From the sequence record OR142618.1: a stretch of 64,000 nucleotides of DNA; one strand, written 5' to 3'. The notes under the pieces are model-generated. The model was not told the DNA's origin. It ran no database searches and saw nothing but the letters and a program-made list of their open reading frames with translations. Position 1 is the stretch's first letter; the number at the start of each line of letters is the position of its first letter. A program made the translations under genes and the position numbers. Positions 37,395-46,302 of this stretch are shown piece after piece.

Positions 37395-38963
37395 ATGGCA
37401 GCAGAAGATTATTTAATTAAAAAGGCTTTTAAAAAGGTCTTATACACAGACAAACAGATAGAAGAATTAAAAAAATGCATGGATCCTATAAATGGTCCTA
37501 TGTATTTTATGACAAATTTTGTCTACATTCAGCATCCTACAAACGGTCGTCTGTTATTTAAACCGTTTCCATACCAAGTAGGTTTATTAGAAGCATTTCA
37601 CAATTATAGATATTCTATAGCTATGCTAGGAAGGCAGCTAGGTAAATCTACTGTAGCTGGATCTTATTTACTATGGTACGCAATGTTCGTACCTGATAGT
37701 TTTATTTTAGTTGCATCGAAAACAGGCGGCGACGCCAAAGAGATCATGGGTCGAATTAGGTTTGCATATGAAAGTTTGCCAGATCATATTAGGGCAGGTG
37801 CAATTACTTATAATAAACACAGTATAGAATTTGATAACGGATCTAAGATTAAATCAACTACTACTACCGAAAATACAGGTAGGGGAATGTCTATTTCGCT
37901 AGTATATTTAGATGAAATGGCATTCGTGCCGTACAATGTGGCTATAGAAATGTGGACTTCTCTATCACCTACATTATCCACTGGCGGTAAATGTATAATA
38001 ACTTCTACGCCTAATACCGACGAGGATTTGTTTGCCGATATATGGCATAATGCAAACAAATTAACTGACGAATACGGAAATGAACGAAAAATAGGTGCTA
38101 ATGGATTTAAGCCGTTTAAAGCTACTTGGAAAGATCATCCTGACAGAGATGAAAATTGGGCAACAATAGAGCGTGAAAAGATAGGGGAAGAAAGATTTCG
38201 TAGAGAACACGAAGTGGAGTTTATTTCTTTTGAAGAAACTCTTATAAATTCTATAAAATTAAATCAATTAGAATCTAAAACTCCTATAAGAAAAACAGGC
38301 CAAGTCCGTTGGTATGAAGAAATAAAGCCGACAAATACATATGTTGTTGGATTAGATCCATCTATGGGAGCCGGCGGCGACAATGCTGCAATACAAGTGT
38401 TAGAATTACCTACAATGAAACAAGTAGCTGAGTGGCAGCACAACAGAACACCAGTCGAAGGTCAAGTTAGGCTGTTAAATGAAATACTTACAGAAATACA
38501 AAACGCAGGTGTAGTAGAATTATATTGGTCGTTGGAATCTAATAATTTAGGAGAAGCTGCATTAGTAGTAATACGTGATACAGGAGAAGAATATTTTCCT
38601 GGGACATTTTTGCATGATCCTGTAAAACAAGCAGGGGCGAATAGTCGTAAAAGACAAGGTTTTCTTACTACTAATCGGACAAAAATAGAAGCATGTTCTA
38701 GATTGAAATCCTTAATAGAAAATAATAAAATAAAAATATCATCTTCTGCATTGATTAGTGAATTAAAGAACTATGTACACAGAGGAGCCACGTTTGAAGC
38801 TCGACCAGGAACTACAGACGATTTGGTGTCTGCACTTATATTAACACTAAGGATGACTCAGTTTATTGCATTATGGGATGATAATACAAATGGTGCAATC
38901 AGTGCAAGTATAGAAGTCGTCGATGAGGATGACGATAGTATGCCCATGCCTTTCTTATTTTAA
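37395..38963 (+). CDS. terL: Terminase large subunit (T4 gp17-like)
   Basis: Walker A LGRQLGKST; Walker B VYLDEMAF; TSTPN; nuclease GLDPSMGAGGD; DDLVSAL. Confidence 0.97.
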   Translation: MAAEDYLIKKAFKKVLYTDKQIEELKKCMDPINGPMYFMTNFVYIQHPTNGRLLFKPFPYQVGLLEAFHNYRYSIAMLGRQLGKSTVAGSYLLWYAMFVPDSFILVASKTGGDAKEIMGRIRFAYESLPDHIRAGAITYNKHSIEFDNGSKIKSTTTTENTGRGMSISLVYLDEMAFVPYNVAIEMWTSLSPTLSTGGKCIITSTPNTDEDLFADIWHNANKLTDEYGNERKIGANGFKPFKATWKDHPDRDENWATIEREKIGEERFRREHEVEFISFEETLINSIKLNQLESKTPIRKTGQVRWYEEIKPTNTYVVGLDPSMGAGGDNAAIQVLELPTMKQVAEWQHNRTPVEGQVRLLNEILTEIQNAGVVELYWSLESNNLGEAALVVIRDTGEEYFPGTFLHDPVKQAGANSRKRQGFLTTNRTKIEACSRLKSLIENNKIKISSSALISELKNYVHRGATFEARPGTTDDLVSALILTLRMTQFIALWDDNTNGAISASIEVVDEDDDSMPMPFLF

Positions 38964-38994
38964 ACTAAATATAGTTAAATTGGATTTAGATTTA

Positions 38995-40485
38995 ATGAAA
39001 CTATTTGAAGTGTTTACTTTATATGAAGATAAAGCAGAACTGATTGTGAAAAATCAAGGACCCAACCTCCTTGCCGCTGCTAAAAATTATGGATCGAATA
39101 TTCGTACAGCTGAAGAAATAATGAATGTTCTTAAGCGTGCAGATCCTACGTCTAATCAGAAATATTTGCAATGGATTACTAATAGATTTATTGCAGGTGA
39201 ATTTAGATTAGAAGATACTAATAGAATAAGGGCAGAACTTATATCATTCGAAAGATATAAACGTGTTTTACCGAAAAAAGATATAAATCAGTATAAAACA
39301 CTAGGAGAATTGTATGCAGTAATTGATCCATTAAATGACGCAGCAACAGGCAACGATCTGATTGGTGTATCTAATAAACAAGTTAAAAAGCATGCATATA
39401 ATGCCAAACGCCAAGAATTAATTTCGTCTGGTCAAGCAGATGTAATTTATAAAGGCCAAGAAGGAATGCTAGTTAATCCCAAAACAGAAGAAGCAGCAAT
39501 ATTCTTCGGTCAAGGAACTAGGTGGTGTACCGCAGCAACTAGTAGTGATAATATGTTTAGTCACTACCATAGTCAGGGACCGTTATATACTTGGTTAGGT
39601 TCGGATGGATTCAAAGCACAATTCCATTTAGAAACTAATCAATGGATGGATTCAAAAGACGAGCCTTTAGACAACGCTCAGATGTCTAAGCTATTGTTAA
39701 TTCCTATAATTAAAAAATTGTACGACGACGGTATAATTAAATCTGAGAAATCACTTGTCGGCGATCGTGGCGGCTTCGATGACGAATATGATAATAGACT
39801 ATCGGATGACTATTATTTCGACATGTGGGCTGATCGAAAATACCGTATCAAACGACATATTGAGAAACACGGCATGTCTGAGTATTTAATAGATACACTT
39901 TCTGTTAAAGATCCTTTATTACCGTTGTTTGTTTTACCAGAATACTCAAAATACCCTGCGTCGAAATCACTCGATGATTATTTTTTAAAATTATCCAAAT
40001 TAGAACCGCTTGACCAATATAAAGAGATAAATGGGTATTTTGAAAGTGATATGTTACTTCGATTAACTAGATACCTTGAAGATTCTACAGGGTCTCATTC
40101 TAAATCTTTAGATGATGCTGGATTTAATTTTGTTCGTCGATTACTGGACATAGGCGGAAAGGATTTTGATTTAATAATATCGAACTATCTAAAACATGTA
40201 GCTGAGAATTCTAAAACAAAACAATACCTTCTGTCTAATCTTCCGTTAGCTGTTGAGATTGCTAATTCGATTGAATGGCCGGAACTTATGACAGCAATTG
40301 AGCATGAGCTTAGCAATGCTAAAACACCAAAAGAAGAGAACGATGCAATAAAACTAGGCAGTGAGTTAATGTTTAAATCTAATAGCCTGCCTGTATCTAA
40401 ATGGTTTATTAATTTACTTAAAACTACAGATGCAGGTAAACGATACTTATCATCATTACCTGAGTATGACAACACAAAACAATAA
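38995..40485 (+). CDS. Hypothetical, probably packaged internal protein with a GTRWCT motif
   Basis: MKLFEVFTLYE N-terminus; ADPT..KYLQW and KDINQYKTL blocks; FGQGTRWCTAA. Confidence 0.6.
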   Translation: MKLFEVFTLYEDKAELIVKNQGPNLLAAAKNYGSNIRTAEEIMNVLKRADPTSNQKYLQWITNRFIAGEFRLEDTNRIRAELISFERYKRVLPKKDINQYKTLGELYAVIDPLNDAATGNDLIGVSNKQVKKHAYNAKRQELISSGQADVIYKGQEGMLVNPKTEEAAIFFGQGTRWCTAATSSDNMFSHYHSQGPLYTWLGSDGFKAQFHLETNQWMDSKDEPLDNAQMSKLLLIPIIKKLYDDGIIKSEKSLVGDRGGFDDEYDNRLSDDYYFDMWADRKYRIKRHIEKHGMSEYLIDTLSVKDPLLPLFVLPEYSKYPASKSLDDYFLKLSKLEPLDQYKEINGYFESDMLLRLTRYLEDSTGSHSKSLDDAGFNFVRRLLDIGGKDFDLIISNYLKHVAENSKTKQYLLSNLPLAVEIANSIEWPELMTAIEHELSNAKTPKEENDAIKLGSELMFKSNSLPVSKWFINLLKTTDAGKRYLSSLPEYDNTKQ

Positions 40486-40513
40486 ATACAACTAAAGTTT
40501 TGAGGTAAGAATT

Positions 40514-42004
40514 TTGATTAATTATAACAGAACTGCTAAAAAAATATTTTCTGTATTAAAAGGGCACAGCTATCGGGTAAAAATGTATGACCTAACAGGC
40601 AATGAAGTGATAGACCCGGAAAAAGCTCGTCGATTTTATGTTCAATATCCGAACATGATGATAACACTAGATGAAGACACTGGTGAAATTCGTATGAGCA
40701 AAAACAATAATATTTCTTTAACTGAATACGAAAGCACATTAGTTCAGTTAAAGAACATAGCAGTGCATTACATGCTAAATTTTACCTTGAAAGACTTCGG
40801 GAGAGAAATAACACCGAGGGATTTTGCATACCAAGCAAAAGTTAAAAAGGAAAAAGAAATGTCTAACGGATCTGTATCTGAATCTATATCTCCTCTAGCT
40901 GGTTCTAGAAAAACAAGTTATCAAACAATAGAAAATGTTAAAATACATGTAAAGCATAAGACACATGTCGACGAAGAGATTAGGGGAGCTCGTTCTAGAA
41001 ATATTTCTGCAATTTTTATAGAACACTCGGGAGAAAGGTTTCGTTTTCCTCACAATAATTTAGTTGGTGCCCGCGCCATGGCAAGACATATACAGCAAGG
41101 CGGTAATCAATACGATTCGATCGGTTCTTATATAATAGAAAGCTGTGCTAACTATACTAAGTTAAGAGAATTTATGAGATATATTCGTTCTAATAATCTT
41201 ATAACAGAAGATAGCAACGATGTTATTGCTAATATTAAGGAAAGCATAGATAGTATAGCTACAGATTTAAAACGTCTATCCGGTGTAAATACTTACGGTA
41301 TAGTAAAATCTAGGATCGAAGAAACGGAAGAAACAGAATGCGATGTATCTGATGTAGATAAGTTTAAGGATATGTTTACTATTCGTAAGTTTGACGATAA
41401 GTTTACTGATGTTCTTCCTATAGTGAGTAAACTCGTTAAGGAAAAACAATCATATTTAAAGAAAATAGAAGAAGCAGTTTCTAAACAAATTTATATAGAG
41501 TCTATGCCTATTTTAGAAACTAATGCTATAATATATGAAAATCCTAATATTAAGTTAGGACATAGCTTACAAGAACTTAGTTCTAGAATATTAGAAAATA
41601 CATTATTAGCTAATTATATTTCGTCGATGGGATCTAAGCTAATAAAAGAAAATACTTTAAATAAATTCGAATGTTCTATAATCAAATCATTTTTTGAAAA
41701 CGTTAGTGTTAAAAAAGCAAATACTAATCAAACTAATGGGTTATTTGCAGAATCGATCAACGAATTTGGAATAAATATTCCTGACTTCCCGGATAATAAC
41801 CCCTTTAATAAAAATAAAGACAACAAATACAGTAATTCAGATTTAGATAAACACGCATCTGATCAAAAAGTAGATGCAAATGACACTGTCTCTAAAATTG
41901 ATTTTATTATAAGCAATAGCCACGGAAGATATAATGACAGAGAAAAATTACTAAAATTGCCAGATGATGTTATTAACAGAATATATTCCAAAATTGCTAA
42001 ATAA
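40514..42004 (+). CDS. Hypothetical virion-region protein (start uncertain)
   Basis: RSRNISAIFIEHSGERFRFP..NLVGARAMARH block; C-terminal module shared with the 35834 protein. Confidence 0.6.
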   Translation: MINYNRTAKKIFSVLKGHSYRVKMYDLTGNEVIDPEKARRFYVQYPNMMITLDEDTGEIRMSKNNNISLTEYESTLVQLKNIAVHYMLNFTLKDFGREITPRDFAYQAKVKKEKEMSNGSVSESISPLAGSRKTSYQTIENVKIHVKHKTHVDEEIRGARSRNISAIFIEHSGERFRFPHNNLVGARAMARHIQQGGNQYDSIGSYIIESCANYTKLREFMRYIRSNNLITEDSNDVIANIKESIDSIATDLKRLSGVNTYGIVKSRIEETEETECDVSDVDKFKDMFTIRKFDDKFTDVLPIVSKLVKEKQSYLKKIEEAVSKQIYIESMPILETNAIIYENPNIKLGHSLQELSSRILENTLLANYISSMGSKLIKENTLNKFECSIIKSFFENVSVKKANTNQTNGLFAESINEFGINIPDFPDNNPFNKNKDNKYSNSDLDKHASDQKVDANDTVSKIDFIISNSHGRYNDREKLLKLPDDVINRIYSKIAK

Positions 42005-42084
42005 AATTATTATCAAGATCATTGAACTGGATTCGAAATAAAATTAATTCTGTATACTTTGCATACTACACTAAAAATAAATGG

Positions 42085-42113
42085 TTGACAAATAGATAAC
42101 TGCATTATATAAT
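42085..42113 (+). promoter_or_regulatory. Consensus sigma70 promoter of the ssDNA-binding protein gene
   Basis: TTGACA-N17-TATAAT. Confidence 0.92.
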
Positions 42114-42126
42114 TACACCATAACTT

Positions 42127-42170
42127 AGTTTTGCAGCTAACCCGAGCAAAACTGTATTAAAAGGGTTTAG
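42127..42170 (+). promoter_or_regulatory. Putative leader pseudoknot (gene-32-type translational operator)
   Basis: Stem AGTTTTGC/GCAAAACT; loop AACCC 42139-43 is complementary to GGGTT 42163-67. Confidence 0.5.
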
Positions 42171-42202
42171 GATAAAATAAAAAATATTAAGGATAATTCA
42201 TT

Positions 42203-43189
42203 ATGGCTTCTCTTGCTGAACTACGTCAAAAATTAAAAGATCAAGAAACAAAACGTGGCACAAAATCATCTGGCAGTGCAGATAAAAGTAATTTCCCATT
42301 CTGGGACATGAATGAAAACGACAGTGCTACTGTAAGATTTCTTCCTGATGCAAACACTGATAATACCTTTTTCTGGGTAGAAAAACAACAAATTAAAATT
42401 CCATTTAGTGGCATTGTAGGTATGAATAGTAAACCTACAGTTGTTACTGTACCGTGTGTAGAAATGTGGGGGGAATCTTGCCCTATTCATCAAGAAATCC
42501 GTCCATGGTTTAAAGATCCTTCGTTAGAGAAATTAGCGCGTACTTATTGGAAGAAACGTTCTTATATTTTCCAAGGACTTGTACGTAAGTCACCTCTTGT
42601 AGAACAAGAACTACCAGAGAATCCTATTCGCAAATTCACATTCGGAAGTCAGATTTTTAATCTAGTTAAATCGTCTCTATTAGACCCCGAAATGGAAAAC
42701 ATTCCCACTGATTATTTAAATGGTACTGATTTCCAGATAACTAAATTAATGAAGGGCCAATATGCCGATTACGCTACATCTAAATGGGCAAGGAAAGAAT
42801 CTTCGTTAACTGAAGAAGAATTCCAAGCAATCCAAACATATGGTCTGTATGATTTAAGTAAATTTTTACCTGCTAAACCTGATGCAGAAGCATTAGCTGC
42901 TATATTCGAGATGTTCGAAGAATCAGTAGAAGGTAAAGAATATGATCCGCAGCGTTGGGGGAAATACTATCGCCCTTACGGGGTTGAAGTTCCTACTAAT
43001 ACTTCCGTAAGTGTACCTGTATCTAAACCAGAACCTAAGACTACGGTATCTAGTTCTTCAGTTATGGAAGACGATAACGATGATCTTCCTTGGGAAGATA
43101 CTACTAAACCTGTAGAGCCTGTCAAATCTGCTTCTAATGCGCAAGATATAATTGCGCTCATCCGCGCCCGCCAAAACAGCGGCAACTAA
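42203..43189 (+). CDS. Single-stranded DNA-binding protein (T4 gp32-like)
   Basis: ATVRFLPD...FFWVE; CVEMWGESCPI; FQITKLMKGQYADYATSKW; acidic C-terminal tail. Confidence 0.92.
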   Translation: MASLAELRQKLKDQETKRGTKSSGSADKSNFPFWDMNENDSATVRFLPDANTDNTFFWVEKQQIKIPFSGIVGMNSKPTVVTVPCVEMWGESCPIHQEIRPWFKDPSLEKLARTYWKKRSYIFQGLVRKSPLVEQELPENPIRKFTFGSQIFNLVKSSLLDPEMENIPTDYLNGTDFQITKLMKGQYADYATSKWARKESSLTEEEFQAIQTYGLYDLSKFLPAKPDAEALAAIFEMFEESVEGKEYDPQRWGKYYRPYGVEVPTNTSVSVPVSKPEPKTTVSSSSVMEDDNDDLPWEDTTKPVEPVKSASNAQDIIALIRARQNSGN

Positions 43190-43194
43190 ATAGG

Positions 43195-43222
43195 GAGAGG
43201 GGATCGCTGATCCCCTCTCTTT
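43195..43222 (+). terminator. Hairpin / terminator after gp32
   Basis: GAGAGGGGATC-GCT-GATCCCCTCTC-TTT. Confidence 0.75.
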
Positions 43223-43295
43223 AATATAACCTAAAATAGCCAAAAAGTACAACTACAATGTTGGAAGGACGGCAGTATTATAAAAAGGACATTTT

Positions 43296-43541
43296 ATGAC
43301 AAAACCATTCGATATTTCTAAATTTAGAAAAGATATTACCAAAAGTATCACTGGCATTAGTACAGGATTTAATGACCCAACTATTTGGATTAGTACCGGC
43401 AACTATACTCTTAATTATCTCATTAGTAGCGACTTTAATAAAGGCGTACCTATGGGTAAAGTAACTATGTTTGCTGGCGAGTCGGGTTGTTTGCCTGAAA
43501 CTGCTAAAGTGAAAATTAGACTATCTAAGAAGCAATCTTAA
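43296..43541 (+). CDS. uvsX: UvsX/RecA N-extein (64 aa) fused to a 17-aa split-intein N-fragment
   Basis: WISTGNYTLNYLIS...GKVTMFAGESG | CLPETAKVKIRLSKKQS*; Cys1 codon at 43488. Confidence 0.88.
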   Translation: MTKPFDISKFRKDITKSITGISTGFNDPTIWISTGNYTLNYLISSDFNKGVPMGKVTMFAGESGCLPETAKVKIRLSKKQS

Positions 43542-43550
43542 CTGTCCAGT

Positions 43551-43590
43551 GTCTCCGTCGAGGATAAATACTTTTATCTAAAACGGAGAC
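43551..43590 (+). promoter_or_regulatory. RBS-sequestering hairpin containing a late promoter, upstream of the endonuclease
   Basis: GTCTCCGT/ACGGAGAC arms cover the GGAG RBS; GATAAATA at 43563-43570 lies inside. Confidence 0.7.
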
Positions 43591-43593
43591 TTT

Positions 43594-45027
43594 ATGGGAA
43601 ATTACAATGTTCTTTCTACAAAAAACTTTAAGAAGCTATGTAATGAGTTAAACATAGTAACGATATCAGAAAAGTACATTTCTGATATACGTAAGATAGA
43701 AGATTCTGCTAAGAGCAAAGTGGATTCTGCATCTCAGCGTATGATATTAACTATGATAACTGTGAAAGTTCCCGACTTATATGATGCATATAACAGATAC
43801 TATCAGCTCAGAACAGATGGTATTAGTACAAAAACTCAAGACAGTATTTCTTATATTTTTGGAAAAGACTTCCTCGAATCTGTTAATTTACTAATCAGTA
43901 ATAGATATAAAACTGCATTCCGTAAAGGAATGACAGTGGAAGAGGCATTTATAACACGTAATAAAGACTTTTCCAATAATGGTGTGTATTATAACCAGAT
44001 GACTGATAAGCAAAAGAAACGTTTATCATTATTGCTTAGTGTGTATACACCAGAAAGGTTGGAGTTTTATAAAAAGACAATTTCGTTTTTTATTAAGTTA
44101 GATTTGACTAATTATGCAGGAAGAATGAAAAGACTGATGAAACTGGGATCTAGTACGTCTTTATATGCTAGCGTATTACGGTATGGTAAATCTGTCGGAA
44201 AAAGCACACATTCATCTGTATCTGCGGTAAAGAGAAACTATTTGCCTACTTCGATACAATATTGGATGGCAAAGGGGTTTGATGAAGATACTGCATTAGT
44301 GAAGATAAACGAACATCAACAGAAAGCAAGTGCCATGTCTTCCAAAAAACTAAAAGGCACTAGCGAATACTCTGTTCGATCAGTTGCATATTGGATTAAA
44401 AACGGGTATAGCGAAGAAGAGGCAAAAGGGAAAGTATCTAATATACAGAATACTTGGAAAAATGTATCTCAAGAAGAGCGTGATCGAAGAATAGAATCGT
44501 GGATGACTACAATGAGTCTTAAAACAGACGAGGAGAAATCTTTGATAAACCTTAAAAAAACTCACAGCCCGGAAGGGATAATGGCAAGGACAAATTGCGA
44601 TTATGATATTGCATTTAAGCAAAGCGTTGATTTTTTTAAGAAACGAAATAATTCTTCTAAAGTATCTCAAGAACTATTTTGGGGAATTGCCGAGGATATC
44701 GATACCGATGGAGTTTACTTTTCTGAACTAAACTACGAATACCCTGTTATGGGGAAAATAGTAGATTTCTATGATTCTAAAAGCAAAACAGTAATCGAAT
44801 TTTATGGAAACTTTTGGCATGCAGATAGTACATATACTGATGACACACTGATATATGGAAAAACTGCTAAAGAAATAAGAGAATCGGACATTTACAGAGA
44901 AACGTTAATTAGATCATCTGATTTGGTTAGTGATTTTATAGTAGTTTGGGAAAAGGACTTTAGGAAGAATCCGAAAGAAACAATTAAAAATTTAGTTAAT
45001 ATTTTAAATAATAAAAGGAAATTTTAA
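43594..45027 (+). mobile_element. Free-standing Vsr-like homing endonuclease splitting the UvsX intein
   Basis: Repeated YW..KG..EE.A helices; C-terminal IVDFYDSKSKTVIEFYGNFWHAD and VVWEKD. Confidence 0.8.
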
Positions 45028-45030
45028 TAA

Positions 45031-46302
45031 ATGGAATACATCGAAAAGGAAGTAACAGTTAGTGAACTGAAGTCTCTCTACAGTAGTAATGAATACGAAA
45101 TTGAGTTAGACACACCAGATGGCTGGCAAAAACTGGGATCTTGGTTCGATAAAGGCCCTCTTAGTATGGTGACGGTAGAAACGCAGGATGGGTTAGTTAC
45201 TAGATGTGCAGTAAACCATATGATCGAAGTGGTAGACGGATCGGAAACTTTTTGGACACTTGCAAAAGACTTGTACGAAGGCCAACAAGTGCTTACTGTA
45301 AACGGTGTCTCAACAATTAGTTCTGTAACTGAAAGTGGCATCGAAGAATGTTTCGATTTCGAAATACTCCACGAAAATCATCGTTACTATGGTGATGGAT
45401 TCTCTTCTCACAATAGTGGCAAATCGTATATAGTATCAGGAAACATTGTAAAAGATGCACAAGAAAAGGGAATTTTTGTTGTATTACTTGATTCAGAAAA
45501 TGCACTCGACGAATCTTGGCTACATGCACTAGGTGTAGACACTGGACCGGAAAAAATGTTACGCATCTCTGTATCGATGATAGATGATGTAGCAAAAATT
45601 ATTAGTGATTTTGTTAAAGATTACAAGACTAATTATGCCGAACTACCTAACAATGATCGACCGAAGGTGCTTTTTGTTATTGACTCGCTCGGAATGTTAT
45701 TGACACCAACGGAAACTGCACAATTTCAAAATGGTGATATGAAAGGAGATATGGGCAGGAAAGCAAAACAATTAAAAGCATTGATTTCTAACTGTACAAA
45801 TATGTTCGGCAACTTAGACATAGGCCTTGTTTGTACTAACCATACATATGCATCTCAAGATTTATTTCAGCCCGACGCTGTAATTTCGGGTGGCAGCGGC
45901 GCAGTCTATGCCGCGTCAATTGTAGTGGCAATGCAAAAATTAAAGTTAAAAGAAGACGAAGCAGGTAATAAAATTTCTGAAGTAGCTGGTATTCGTGCAG
46001 TATGTAAAGTTGTGAAATCTCGATATGCAAAGCCGTTTGAGACAGTAAAAGTAAATATTCCATATGATACAGGTATGAGTCCGATATCGGGTCTATTTGA
46101 CTTGTTTGAAAAAACAGGTAAACTTGTAAAACAAGGCAATAGATACAAGTACATAACCAAAGATGGTACCGAAATGCTGTATTATAGGAAAGAATGGAAT
46201 GATTACGATAAACTAAAAGTAATTATGAATGAATTTACAGACGAAGACCTAGGCAATGTCGTAGAAGTGGAAGAGGGTCATTTAGAAGAGTTCGATGAAT
46301 AA
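45031..46302 (+). CDS. uvsX: Split-intein C-fragment (128 aa) fused to the UvsX/RecA C-extein (295 aa)
   Basis: DTPDGWQK; block B RCAVNH; blocks F/G ECFDFEILHENHRYYGDGFSSHN | SGKS; then LDSENALD, IDSLGML, DMGRKAK, ISGGSG. Confidence 0.9.
   Translation: MEYIEKEVTVSELKSLYSSNEYEIELDTPDGWQKLGSWFDKGPLSMVTVETQDGLVTRCAVNHMIEVVDGSETFWTLAKDLYEGQQVLTVNGVSTISSVTESGIEECFDFEILHENHRYYGDGFSSHNSGKSYIVSGNIVKDAQEKGIFVVLLDSENALDESWLHALGVDTGPEKMLRISVSMIDDVAKIISDFVKDYKTNYAELPNNDRPKVLFVIDSLGMLLTPTETAQFQNGDMKGDMGRKAKQLKALISNCTNMFGNLDIGLVCTNHTYASQDLFQPDAVISGGSGAVYAASIVVAMQKLKLKEDEAGNKISEVAGIRAVCKVVKSRYAKPFETVKVNIPYDTGMSPISGLFDLFEKTGKLVKQGNRYKYITKDGTEMLYYRKEWNDYDKLKVIMNEFTDEDLGNVVEVEEGHLEEFDE

Noticed and set aside
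40514-42004. Portal protein call based on position after terL and size
   Set aside because: No T4 gp20-like portal motifs recognised.
43541-45030. Group I intron or sequencing error as the cause of the UvsX break
   Set aside because: The non-coding gaps are only ~50 nt and 3 nt, too short for an intron core. Canonical intein termini (Cys1; His-Asn|Ser) define the junction, and two independent breaks plus a regulatory hairpin argue against error.
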